From Blepharisma stoltei ATCC 30299 (lineage: Eukaryota > Protista > Ciliophora): DNA of 64,000 nt. The DNA lies in the NCBI GenBank assembly GCA_965603825.1, contig CBFDEM010000022.1, positions 310,001-374,000 of the forward strand, in the 5' to 3' direction. Below, in pieces: positions 1 to 11,984 of the stretch (positions are counted from its first letter, which is position 1; each line of letters opens with the position of its first letter). The notes under the pieces were generated by a model. The model had not been told where the DNA came from and did not search any database. It was given only the letters and a program-made list of their open reading frames with translations. The position numbers were made by a program, and so were the translations under genes.

Positions 1-2754
1 TTGTGAAGCATAAATCGACATTAAAAACTCTTCAGCAGATCCACAAACAAATAGTCGGCATGCATTAAATTGAAATGGAAAGCATATTTGGACTTTTATA
101 GTCAAATGAGGGCCATATAGTCTTCTCATGTCATCTTTATGGGCAAGCTCATTAAATGCATCATCGTCATATGTAGAAATTTGAAACTCAAAATGGTCTT
201 CACTGCCTGATAGTAAAGATGCCTCAATTTGGTTATTTTTATCTAGCTGTGGATTTGAATTTGACATTATAAAATCTTTATACTTTTCTGTAGACAGCGT
301 ATAAGCTATTATTGACAAAGAATCTTGCTCATCAACCGGGACACAAATAGAATCCTTTACAAGTGGAAGCGTTAAACACCCTCTCTGCATATAAAGAAAA
401 TGCGATGATTGTATTAGCTCATCATCTTTGTTAGATAAATTCACCTTTTTTATTGCGAAAGAGTCGTGAATCATCGTAGAAAGCTCATGTTTACTTTCAT
501 TAAAAGAAGCAGTGTCTGCTAATTCGTTTTGTGTTTCAAAGAAAGAGTTTAAATTTGAAGAAATTTCATTTATCGTCACATTTTCTCCTGACTTTACCCT
601 TCTTACATTATTTGCAATGTTTTCAATATTTACCTTTGTGGAGCAAAATTGGAAGAATAGAGCTCTTCTATATGTTTCTAGCTGTAAAATATTGGAGAAC
701 TCAGAAATGTCTATGTTTTGCAGCTTTTCTACTAGTGAAGATAAAAAATCAATATCATAGACAATTTCTTGACGCAATTTTTCCCATTTATTTTGGGTAT
801 CTTTTGATTCTTCTTCAGAAAATAATGAACTTATGACTCTTGACATGTCTTTGCAATTACTTATCATATCATCGAGCACGTCTTTTGCTGCCATTTTCAT
901 TTCATTATAAGTTTTATTCAATAGCGTGTTATAATATCTTCCCATGTCTTTATTTCTAGATGTAACTAAATCAAAAATCGGGTTTTCTTCCCATTGAACA
1001 GTGACTTTGATTCCAAATGCATGGAATTGAAATCTCGCAAATTTATAATAGTCATGTCTGCAACTTCGATGGTCATGAAACAGGTCTTTTTTGACAAAAA
1101 AATTGTCAATGAATTTATTAAAAGAATACTCTCAGGTTGCTTTGCTTAAAATTTCTGATTTCTCGTCAGTTTTTCCACATGCTTTGCATTCTTTACTAAC
1201 TACGATGTCTCTTATTGGACAGGTTGATTTTCCAAGCCGAATTTTAATTCTGCCTCCTGATTTTAAATAGTAAAAAGAATGGACACCTCAGATTCTACCA
1301 CATTCGCATCTCTCATTTGATTTTTTGATGGTGGAGATAATAAATTCTCCCAAAGGAATATCATTTTCTTTATAAAAATCAATGGTCATGCTTTTAGGCC
1401 TTATACACATATTATGTCCACAGACAACGAGATATTTATAGGCAGTTGACTCTTTAAAAAAATTCAAAAAAATATCAGGGTAGTTTTCAAGCCTGCACTG
1501 CGTAAAAGCTCTTTTTTCTAGTCTTACATTGCGATATTCTAGACTGAGCTGTCTAATTAAACTGGCTACCTTTTTAAGCTCAGGTTTATCAGGCCCAGAT
1601 AAAATAATTGTGGCCCCTAATGAATTATCTGCAGAGCCTTTAAAGTATAAATATGTGGACTGTCCAATATTTTTTTGGAAAAATTCTTCACATTCCGCTA
1701 AATACTTTACCAAATGAGAAATTTGGTCCACAGATGTTAGAATTTGCCCTTGAGCGACCCTTGCAAGCATAGTTAGAATTTTCATTTTCACATTAATAAT
1801 AGTCGATATCCCCATTTTTGAAAGCTCATTTATGATAGGCTGTGACAAGCCTTTTTCAGATACTATCACTGTTGGGCTGATTTTTTCGATTTTTTTGATT
1901 AAGATTTTCGTTAAATCTCCTTCCTGATCTATTAAATTATCCATTGAAACGATTCTCTTTTCTGTAAAAAACGAATCAGTAGCTCCTTGCAATAATAAAA
2001 TTCTTGGGTTTTTTATTTCTCTTGGCATTCTTTTGTGTGCGATGTTTTTATTTAAAACAATTCCATTCACATATTCGCTCAAACTATTGTCAGAATTTTC
2101 TACGTTAATAATCCTGAGATAATTATTTATGTCCATACTATCATGCCTATACTGGACAGATGAGCAGACATTTCCGACGATTTCTCTTACAAATTTTATG
2201 ATTAGTTCAAACCAGTTTTTATCAACTCCAGAATTTTCAAGTAGCTTTATCGCCCTTATCCTTAAAAACTCTTGAGCATAAATTTCAAAGTCATCTCTAC
2301 TTTTCCCATTTATTTCATCTAGAAGCTCCACAATTCTTATATCCTTCTGCTCATCCTGTGCTGGGTCGATTCATATTTCTCGGCTTCTTTCTTCTGCCCC
2401 ATCTAATATTTCAACTTCTCTTGGGAGAATATCTTCTTTTTCAATTGTAGTAATAGAAGGTGTATCAGAAGTTCCATCAATAGAAGATATGGGATATTTT
2501 TCTATATTTCCAACCAACGTATTTTGCTGTGAGGAATTTAATAGTTCTAAACAGTCTTTGCAAATTCTCAGAATAATTTTCCCATTAGGCAGTTCATAGC
2601 TCTTTTCTGTGCAATTTGAGCAAAAAATCAAGCCGCAATATCGACAGTGATGTCTCCTTCTAAAAGTATTGAAAACCTTATCGCACTTGTGACAGGTTTT
2701 TGCTGAGTTATCAGGCATTCAAAATTCTCGTTGTTTATGGTTTAATTCTCCCAT
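1..2754 (-). CDS. FAB1: Fab1/PIKfyve-like PI3P 5-kinase (FYVE, CCT-like domain, start of PIPK domain); 3' end runs off the window
   Basis: ATG at 2754; FYVE W(TGA)MPD..C..C...RRHHCRYCG; CCT-like KNIAHKRMPREIKNPRILLL; TW(TGA)EYSFNKF motif; ORFs 2371-2718 and 1288-2331 join in frame through TGA and the frame reaches position 1. Confidence 0.9.
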
Positions 2755-2777
2755 TTATAAATTTAATGACAAATTTA

Positions 2778-3251
2778 CTAATTTCTTTTTCGCTTTGAAC
2801 CAACTTCTTCTTCATTTCTGTCAGGACTTCTTTCTCTTTCGTATTCATTTTTGACTGAGTCTCTCTTTTGCCCACCTCCTCTTCCTCTGCCAAACTGTCT
2901 GCCTTCTTTAAAGCCTATGTCCCAATCAACCCTTATTGTTTGATTTTCTAGGTTACTTCCAGATAAGCAATCTACAGCTATTGCAGCGTCTTCGTGTGTA
3001 AAATACTCCACGAAGCAAAATCCACATGGGGTCTTTTTGTATCTGTCAAGCCCCATGATGATTTTTTTGACCTTCCCGCAGTATGAGAAAAGTTCATGGA
3101 TCTGCTCCTCTTTGGTGTATTGTGACAAATTGCCGATGTAAAGAGTAGACGATAATCTCAACTTTTCACGATATTCATCTTGGGAGTATCCTTGCTGCCG
3201 ATCGATGTATTCTGATGTTGGGTTTGGGTCTTCGTATAGGAACGCAGCCAT
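2778..3251 (-). CDS. NCBP2: Nuclear cap-binding protein subunit 2 (CBP20), RRM
   Basis: SSTLYIGNLS..T.EEQIHELFS, IIMGLDR.KKTPCGFCFVEY, IRVDWDIGFKEGRQFGRGRGGGQ; likely start MAAFLY at 3251. Confidence 0.95.
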   Translation of the reverse strand: MAAFLYEDPNPTSEYIDRQQGYSQDEYREKLRLSSTLYIGNLSQYTKEEQIHELFSYCGKVKKIIMGLDRYKKTPCGFCFVEYFTHEDAAIAVDCLSGSNLENQTIRVDWDIGFKEGRQFGRGRGGGQKRDSVKNEYERERSPDRNEEEVGSKRKRN

Positions 3252-3269
3252 TTTGATATTATAAGGAAA

Positions 3270-4320
3270 ATGGACACAGATGTAGTGATAATAGAGCATT
3301 GGTATTTTCTATTGCAGCATCAACTGTAGGCTGCATAAATGATGCACCAGCCATGAAGAAGATAAATATTTAGAGCTTTCTAATATGATTTCTACACATT
3401 TAAGTATCAATTTAAACTTGATTACCGTTGTAAATCAAATTCCTGAAGGCTTAGTGCATCCACTTCTATGAAAAGGGTCAGCTCATCAGGGTGTTAAAAA
3501 GGATGGGACAATTCCAGAATTCCCCAGAATTGGCAGTTTTGAGATCTATTATAAAGGATTTTGTGTATTTTCTAAATTGGGGACTGGCCTATGGCCAAAT
3601 AGAAAGGCGGTATCAGATGCTATTCTTGATGTAAAGAACGGCCGATACAAATGCGGGTTTAGTCTTTCAAGCCTTTATTATAGCCCTTCGTTTAAAACTC
3701 TCGCAGAGGTTGATTCATATGGAAATTTTTACACTCCTTATAAGAAGAATCAAAATTCTGAATATAAAACTCCTTTTGATTTAATTGATGAAGAATGAAA
3801 GAATGACAAAAAATATCAGTCAATAGAAGATGATAAGAGCTTCAGCTATTCATATTCAGAAACGAGCGATAGAAAAACCAATACAACTACCTCTGAATTC
3901 GCTATTCGGGATTTTGATAATATTCACGAGAACAACCAAAGAAAGCTAGAAGTAAATGAAGAACTTTCTGATGAAGCAAACACTGAATCAATGCCAAGCA
4001 GCAGATCAAGCTCATCTCCTGAACCTCCTTGCGATTTATTAGCAAGCTATGATATTTCGATTAAAATTGGAAAAGCAAGCACAAAAAGCATTCCATATAA
4101 AAATACCGGTGACAAATTACTTTCCCTTTCTTTAAGTTCAACTGATACTGAAGTCATGCAAGTTATTAAGCCAGCTACTAAGATTAAAGCTAGAGAACAA
4201 GGAAATATAAAACTTAAATTTTATCAAACTTCCCCAGTTCAGAAAAAAATTGTGTATTTACTCGTAACTGTTGATGATGCTATATATGAGTGCTTTCGAT
4301 TTAAACTAAATTATTTATAA
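3270..4320 (+). CDS. Rdx/SelW-like (CxxC) domain protein with C-terminal Ig/MSP-like region; one 16-nt intron (3302-3317)
   Basis: After splicing: MDTDVVIIEHCINCRLHKW(TGA)CTSHEEDKY...FPRIGSFEIY...FSKLGTGLWPN; ORFs 3577-3798 and 3991-4320 are in the same frame via TGA. Confidence 0.65.
3302..3317 (+). other. 16-nt spliceosomal intron
   Basis: GTATTTTCTATTGCAG; removal creates EHCINC. Confidence 0.75.
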
Positions 4321-4469
4321 CTTAAATATTTTGTTATTCGCGTTACAGTATTAATTTCTACAAAAATGAATTTCTTCTATGCTCCAGACTTAAAAAACTT
4401 CGTTTTAAATCTAATTTATAAAAATTTCAGCTTAGATTTACAAATTTAATAAATTCAAAATTAATTGCC

Positions 4470-5621
4470 ATGGACAATACGTCAGAAGATATCGAATTTT
4501 TAGAAGAAGAGAAACTTGATGTAAATATAAGCTTTGTGCAGAGAGGGCGGCAAGATTTATTAAATGAATCGGAAATGGGAATCCCAATTTCCCATGACGC
4601 TTATGTATCTACTACCCCTGCGCAGGATTTTAAAAGCATTTCTATCGGCGAGCCTCAGAAATGCAGGGATGGGAGGGAATCATTTTATGCATACCCGATC
4701 TATGTAGAAAATCAAGCAGTATCACAAAGGAGATATAATGAATTTGTATGGCTTAGGAATCAGCTATTATCAAAATATCCGGGATGTATAATTCAAGCAT
4801 TGCCTGATAAAGAAGGGATAACTGGGTATTGAACTAATCAAGATCCAATGTTTTATGAATTTCGTCGATACGGATTAGAAAAATTTATACAGAGAGTAGG
4901 AAACCATCAGATATTGGGGAGATGCATTGATTTTTTAAGTTTTATAAAGGATGATGAATTGAATTTTACTATAAGATTAAGAGAAAGTCAGATTTCAAAA
5001 GGATGAATGAGCAAAATCACTGACTTTAGCAGCTCTTTTTCATCAATAATTTCTACTTATGTCCAAAGAGATCACATTATTTTGCAAAATGACGCAGATA
5101 TTGCTTTTAACTATTTTCGAACTGAACTAAAGAATCTTTTGCAGCAGCAAGAAAATTTACGAGCAAATACAAATAAAATTATAATAAGCCTAGAAAATGA
5201 GATCAATTCCAGCCTTGTTATGAGCAAAGCTTATGAATCTATGAGCAGAATTGAAAAAGAAAATGTTTCGGTGAAATTAAAGATTTTAGCTTCTACACAT
5301 CAGCAAATAGCAGAATCACAAAGAACATCATATAATAAAATAAAATCTTTATCAGGCAAAGAAATAGAAGATTACTATAAACTAACACTTGGCGCATTTG
5401 AAGCTCTAGAGCGAAGGAACCGAATCCGTAGTGAAAATTCTAACGCAGATGTCGACATTGATGAACTAAATGAAACTTTAAAACAAGATATGGAAAAATT
5501 TTATAAAGACAAAAACTCGCTTGCAAAAATCATTGGGGTGAATATGATCAGCTATAAAAAAGAAATGACAGAAGTTCTTGCAGAGATATGGAAAGAAAGT
5601 CATACCAGAATCTCAGATTAA
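4470..5621 (+). CDS. Sorting nexin (PX + BAR-like)
   Basis: PX motif SQRRYNEFVWLR..L..KYPGCII..LPDK and R..GLEKFI..V.NH; two ORFs joined in frame via two TGA; TAA stop. Confidence 0.88.
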
Positions 5622-5657
5622 TTGTTAATAATTAGCTGATATATTGATTAAGTTAGC

Positions 5658-5924
5658 TTACCACTCAATCTTGTTATGCTGGCTATCGCAATGTGGCTTG
5701 TTGAGTGAATATTTACATCCACAAAGCCAATATACTTTTGATTCTTCTGGGGTAAACGGCAAAGGACCAAAAGGAGTGCCAGCATGAGAGCCATCACAAT
5801 AAGGTTGATTTGCTGATCTTCCACAATCACACCAATAGTAGGTTTGGCCAGCTACTAACTCAGCTCTATAAGGGCCTCTTTTTGGCTTAACACGAACGTC
5901 TGAAGGGACTGCTGCAGCTTCCAT
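5658..5924 (-). CDS. CDGSH iron-sulfur protein (CISD3/MiNT-like, two CDGSH-type motifs)
   Basis: WCDCGRSANQPYCDGSH and LCGCKYSLNKPHCDSQH. Confidence 0.92.
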   Translation of the reverse strand: MEAAAVPSDVRVKPKRGPYRAELVAGQTYYWCDCGRSANQPYCDGSHAGTPFGPLPFTPEESKVYWLCGCKYSLNKPHCDSQHNKIEW

Positions 5925-5964
5925 ATTGAAAATTTATAACCAATTAGAAAATTGATAATTATTC

Positions 5965-6828
5965 TTAAAAAACGTTTGATTTCTGATAATGAGCTCCCAT
6001 TCCCTTGAGGATTTTTTTTGAGTTGAACATACTTGAATAATCGACTGGAGATGGCGAGCGATTAATAGAAAAAGTCTCAAAATTTGCACTGGATACAGTA
6101 GATGCTGCTGACTTCGGTGGGGAAAATTTATCTTCTTCGTAAGAAATAGAACGGGTGTGGAAGCTTTCTTTAGTTTCACCTGTAATAGGATTAATGGTTT
6201 TTTGATGGCATTTATCATCCCTAGCACTCACATATGCGGATCTCGGAGGTGAAAATTCATTGATTTTACCAGAAATGATGGGCGCCTTTTTATTGCCTAA
6301 AGAAAGTGGACGGGAACGGTCAATGTTATATTGTTTTATTGTGCCAGTTATCGGGTCATGTATTTTATCTTTAACCAATGTTTTGGAAATAATAAGGCTT
6401 ATTTCTCTATGGAGAGGGTCACGGAGTTTCTTTTTCTTATCTTTCGCTTTTTTTATTATTTTTTTAATCTTATTAGTCATTTCTAGTTTCTGGTTCATTA
6501 GTGATGCTTCATTTAATGTTTTTTCTGTAAGTTTTCCATTGCATTTATATTCTTTATGTGGGCTTCAACGGAAATCATTCACAATTTGGCTTTTAGACCG
6601 TTCAATTTTGCCTTCTTTGCGTTTGCTTGGCTTTGATGCAAGATCGTTGACTTTAATTTTTTCTCTGAGGATAGGACTTTTGTATGTCCTCATTTCTAGT
6701 TTGTCATTGGAACTGTTTAGAAGCAAATCAAGGCTGCTAGAAGGAGCTGCTATTTTTTCTTTATGGATTTGAGATTTTTCAGGGGATTTTAATTGATTTT
6801 CAGGAGGGTAGTAAACTTTGCTGTTCAT
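5965..6828 (-). CDS. Hypothetical basic low-complexity protein
   Basis: ORFs 6565-6828 and 5965-6498 in the same frame, joined by one TGA; TAA stop. Confidence 0.7.
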
Positions 6829-7728
6829 GAACGTTATTTTACCTATTAAATAATTATTTTGGGAATTACCTTAATATATCATTATAATACTGAATAAAGG
6901 AAATAACCATATTTTTAACTTTAAGCAGCGATTTATAGGTCATTTCTACTACATCGCCTAAAAATGCAATAAATTATTCCTCAATTTATTTATCTAAAGA
7001 AAATTTGGTTTTCAAATATCGTATCATAGTGGATTAAATATTTTTGATTTTAGTTATTCATGATCCTCTCAAGATTATGTTACTGCCAAAATAAGTAAAA
7101 ATTGTCTTTAAATATAAATATTGATGCCGTAATTAAAGTAAAAAAGTAAGAATTTTCGATGAACTTGCACATACAAGTATTAGTTAATGATCATTATTGC
7201 ATAAAACTTAAGAAATCTTGATGGCAAAATAACTTCTTAGAAAATGGCTGACATAGCCTAACTCTTAAACTATGGCTTCGACTTAAAAAATAATTACTTA
7301 TTTTTTAAGATAGACAATAGAGAAGGTAAATTATTTGGAAATTTTCCAAATTATACAATTTAAATCCTTCAGATCATCACAAAAAAAATAATCGCGAATT
7401 TTAATAAAATCTCAGGAATAAAGAAGAATGATCCTTAAATAATTTCTAATTAACCTATTAAAGATTTTTATCTTCATGAGTCTTTTAAACTTCTTCTTAC
7501 TTTTCTACCTCATTTATCATCAGTCACTCTTCTTCTATCTATCATTCATTTTTGGCTTATTTTTCAGCTTATCCATGTTTACTGAATATTTAATCTTAAA
7601 AACCGATTATAACTTGCAAAATATCTAATTTATTCAACTCTCTAATATTTCAAAATCTATAGCCTATCTTTCCCTTCTTATTTGTCCATAATTTCCTGGA
7701 TTTTAGATCCACTTATAACCATAAAATT

Positions 7729-9231
7729 ATGAAAGAATTCGCGGTACGTACCCTTGAGTCCGTAAAGCACCTTTGTCCTTTCCTTTCCAAGAATCATATG
7801 ATAACCCCTACTTTGATTACTGAAAACACTGAAAAATGCCCTTTTATGAAATCCATGAATTTTATCCAGACAGGAGATAGGCCGAGTATTGAGGACGTCG
7901 CACAAAAGCTAATGGATCCATTGAATTTCATTGATCTTGAAAGTATGAAACCTAAAAAGCTTGCAGGTCTGGAAAAGCATTTCCATGATGCCATACAACG
8001 ACTTAAAGATGAAGGACGATATAGGGTTTTCACGAAGGTTTTGCGGCATGCCGGGGATTTTCCTATGGCTACAGAGTACATGACTGGTGATGAAAATAAG
8101 ATCACTATGTGGTGTTCAAATGATTATTTAGGGATGGGACAACATCCTAAAGTTATCAAAGCTATGGTCCAAGCTTTAAAACTTTATGGAGCAGGCTCAG
8201 GTGGAACTAGAAATATAGGAGGAAATACAAATTTGCATGTACAGCTTGAAAATGAGCTTGCAGATTTACATAATAAAGAGGCTGCTCTAGTATGCACATC
8301 TGGCTACGTTGCAAACGAAGCAGGTTTGAGCACTCTTCCATCCCTTTTCCCTCAAGGTGCCATTTATTTTTCTGATGAAGAAAATCATGCATCTATGATT
8401 TATGGCATGAGATACTCAAAATTAGGTAAAAAAGATATCAGAGTATTTAAACATAATGACATTAAGCATTTGGAAAGCTTGCTAGAAGCTTCAAACAATG
8501 ATATAGAAGACAAAGATAAAGTAAAAATTATAGTTTTCGAAAGCGTTTATTCTATGAGTGGAACTATTTCACCAGTAGAAACCATTAAAGATATCGCCAA
8601 AAGATATGGAGCACTTACATATATAGATGAAGTTCATGCTGTAGGACTATATGGAAAAAGAGGAGGAGGTGTTACACAAGAGCGAGGGATTGATATTGAT
8701 ATTATTTCAGGAACTCTAGGAAAAGCTTTTGGCACTCATGGCGGCTATCTTGCAGGTTCTTCATTAATTATAGACTGCATAAGAAGCTACTCACCATCAT
8801 TTATTTTTACAACTTCACTGCCACCTGTAACTGTGGCAGGAAGCATCGCCTCAATCCAACACGTTAAAGAGTCAGAAAAAGAAAGAAAATTACTTCATGA
8901 ACATTCAAAGTTTATGAAAAAGAGGCTGCAAGAAGAAAACTTGCCAGTACTACCATCAGCAAGCCATATTGTGCCATTATTTATAGGGAACCCAAATGTG
9001 TGTAAAGAAGTCAGTGATGTTTTCTTCAAGGAATATCAAATTTATGTCCAGCCGATTAATTATCCAACTGTCCCAAGAGAACAAGAGCTTTTAAGGCTTT
9101 CTCCAGGGCCACTTCATACTCATGATAAAATTGAGAATTTTGTGGCAGCTGCCAAGAAGATTTGGACAAGATTTTCTCTTGTTAATTACGAAGAGCTCCA
9201 AGAGAGACTTAAAGTTAGGATTCATCAATAA
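7729..9231 (+). CDS. ALAS: 5-aminolevulinate synthase, mitochondrial
   Basis: [54 protein letters not shown] (PLP Lys), [11 protein letters not shown]. Confidence 0.96.
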   Translation: MKEFAVRTLESVKHLCPFLSKNHMITPTLITENTEKCPFMKSMNFIQTGDRPSIEDVAQKLMDPLNFIDLESMKPKKLAGLEKHFHDAIQRLKDEGRYRVFTKVLRHAGDFPMATEYMTGDENKITMWCSNDYLGMGQHPKVIKAMVQALKLYGAGSGGTRNIGGNTNLHVQLENELADLHNKEAALVCTSGYVANEAGLSTLPSLFPQGAIYFSDEENHASMIYGMRYSKLGKKDIRVFKHNDIKHLESLLEASNNDIEDKDKVKIIVFESVYSMSGTISPVETIKDIAKRYGALTYIDEVHAVGLYGKRGGGVTQERGIDIDIISGTLGKAFGTHGGYLAGSSLIIDCIRSYSPSFIFTTSLPPVTVAGSIASIQHVKESEKERKLLHEHSKFMKKRLQEENLPVLPSASHIVPLFIGNPNVCKEVSDVFFKEYQIYVQPINYPTVPREQELLRLSPGPLHTHDKIENFVAAAKKIWTRFSLVNYEELQERLKVRIHQ

Positions 9232-9561
9232 CTAATAATTTGGTCACTTGGCCATTATTAAATTTGTTTACCAATATTGCAATTTTTTATAATTCTTTTC
9301 TAAAATTTTTATTTTATTAGTATTTTCTTTTAGATTAAAAAAGTTTCAATATGAGCCGTGAAATTGGAATATAAATTAATAGATAAAAACTCAGCTAATA
9401 ATAATTTAATCCTTAAAAAAATATTATTTGAGAATGTAAAATGGTATTAAGAAATAAGAAAAATTGAAATTAAAGCATATAAAAAATCAAATTTTATTAT
9501 ATTTTCAATATAAATGGTCTAATATTTTTCATTAATAATCAATAATATAATAAATTCTACT

Positions 9562-10875
9562 ATGAAAAGAAGCTCACAAAAGCACTCAAGCTTTATCGCA
9601 AATTTTCACAACAAAAAGACTGTTGGTCTGCATACCCCAAAAGCTGAGACTATTCGCTTTTTTAACGAATCTCCAAAGGGTTCTAGCCCTCTAAATATAA
9701 AATTTGAAAAGGAAGACCAAAAGTTCCAAGGATTTCATTCTCATCGGAGAAGCAATACATCTCAAGGTTCTCCAACGCTCAAAAAATTTAACTTATCATT
9801 GGATAAATCAGATGGGACGAATTATTTAGTTGTGAAAGCAAATTTTTCAGAAGAAGAAGAAACAGCTTCACAAACTGAAAGAATCCTTTTAAAGCAATGC
9901 ACGCCTGACACCTTATTAAGTGAAGATTGTGAAGCATGCTTCCACACAGAAGGAGATCTAATTGATAGAGATCAAGAAAAAATAATAGATTTCATTGATC
10001 TAATTGATAAAAATGAGGAAAATCAAGAGTATAAAGCTGATTTAATAGAAAATGAACGAGAAAATGGCAAAAGATCTGAAGGAGATAAAACAAATGAAGC
10101 AGTTCAAATATTTAATATATTTGATCAATTAGAGGAAGAAAAAGAAATCATAGACGATGTCGAAGAAATTGAAGAAAAAATCGAAGAGGTTGGAAAAAAA
10201 AATATTGAGCCCGAAATGGTGACAGTTTACTTCAATATTCCTTATGAGACCAAAGTAATCAATATTTAGCTTGGAGAAAATATTGTAGTCGTTGGAGATA
10301 CGGAAAAATTTGGAAGTTGGGACACAAATAAAGGATTGAAATTAGAATGAAGCAAAGGTAATTTTTGGCGTGGAAATATAATAATTGCTCAAGAAGAAGC
10401 AAAATATTTAGAATTTAAATATGCAGTCAATAAACGGAATGGCTCAAAGTGAGAAATGGGAGATAACCGAAAGCTGCATATACAAAATAATTTGTTTTCG
10501 TGCTGTTGCCAGCATGAATTTTGGCAAATTACTAAAGAAAAGAGCCAAAAAAGTGATATTATCAATATCTCATTCAGACTTTTATATCGAGCTAAGGTAA
10601 GTCTTATTTAGATTGGAGAAAATTTAAGAGTTGTAGGAAATTCTGAAAAATTGGGAAACTGGGATTTTAATAAAGGATTGAAGCTTGAATGGACAAGAGG
10701 CCATAATTGGATTGGAAGAATAGAAATCGATAAATTAGAAGCATGCAACCTAGAGTTCAAATATGTAGTTGTTCAAGATACTTATCAGAAATGGGAAAGA
10801 GGAAGCAATCATAAATTGAATTTCAATGAAGAATCAGGAACGAATTTCTATTTAAATGACTTATGGCATGCTTAA
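9562..10875 (+). CDS. Protein with two CBM20 (starch/glycogen-binding) domains; 15-nt introns 10255-10269 and 10597-10611
   Basis: Two repeats of T/AK-(L/I)GEN..VVG..EK.G.WD..KGLKLEW..G..W...LEFKY.V....KWE.G.N. Confidence 0.85.
10255..10269 (+). other. 15-nt spliceosomal intron
   Basis: GTAATCAATATTTAG; in-frame TAG; removal restores CBM20. Confidence 0.88.
10597..10611 (+). other. 15-nt spliceosomal intron
   Basis: GTAAGTCTTATTTAG; removal restores the second CBM20. Confidence 0.88.
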
Positions 10876-10915
10876 AACGCCATGTGAAATTTAAATAAAT
10901 AATTTTATAAAATAA

Positions 10916-11845
10916 ATGAAATCAAATGATCAAATGTAATCATAAAGCAGTTTTATATCAAGACTAACTGAGCAAAATGAGTTTATTAGAAGTCAAATTA
11001 AAGAATTTAAAGAGAAAATGAAACAATTCGTAAAAATTGAAAGAAAAGAGCAACTTAAAATGAGCCTCAGCAAAGATAGTGAATACTAATTAGTTCAAGA
11101 AAAATTGTTAGAAAACACCAGCAAAAAAATTGAGATTTATCATAAAGAATATGAGTCTTTAAAAGAAAAATTAGACCATATCCACCAAAACAAACTGATA
11201 AATGCCTTGGAATTAGAAATTGAAACGAAAATTACTACCATCAAAGAGTTGTCAACATTAAATAGCCAATTAAAAAGAAATTCCAAATATTTCAAACCAC
11301 ACAACTTAAACGATTTAGATCTGACACCAGATGAAAAAGAATATAAATCTTTGCTATTTATGATCGATGAGCTTGCAGATGTTTCAAAGAAAAATCAAAA
11401 ATTAATTTTTCAATACGAAATGAGGATTAAAGAGCTTGAAAACCTTTTAGAAATTAATAGAGAAGAGATTGACAATAATCCTATTGAAAACAATAAATTT
11501 CAAAATGATCTAAAAATCAAATATGATTGTTTAAAACATGAATTGAAACGCACAGAATTCAAATGGAGAATTAAGCTTCAAAGATTAAGAATTAAAGAAG
11601 AAATACTGCTAAGACAAATCAATTTAACAAAAAATGAAATTGAAACAATTTACACAAAATTTAAAAAAATTAAGGATATAGAAAATAACCAAAATTCAAA
11701 AGAGTTTAACTTGACTTCACTTCGCCAGAAATCAAACACTCCTGTAATTTTTATAAAGGTTATGTGCTTTGACTATGAAAAGCCAGTATCTTCAACATTT
11801 CGTATAAATAAAAGTTTTGCATATTATGCACATAAAGGAGAATAA
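10916..11845 (+). CDS. Coiled-coil hypothetical protein; 15-nt introns 10936-10950 and 11079-11093 (possible third at 11744-11758)
   Basis: Removing two 15-nt GT-AG segments extends ORF 11105-11845 in frame to an ATG at 10916. Confidence 0.65.
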
Positions 11846-11984
11846 AATTTTCAGTAATAACTTTTGGTAATAATTAGTTTAATACCTTGTCCAAGCGAAA
11901 ATTTTTCTTTAGCCTCCTGCTCACAGTATATCAATTAGAGTCTAAGATGCTATTTCCTTTATACTTATAATCTCTAATCCTAAA

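Noticed and set aside
512-836. Short plus-strand ORFs, and similar antisense ORFs such as 6260-6772, 32014-32840, 46376-46875, 57504-57902
   Set aside because: Antisense shadows of real genes with no recognisable motifs
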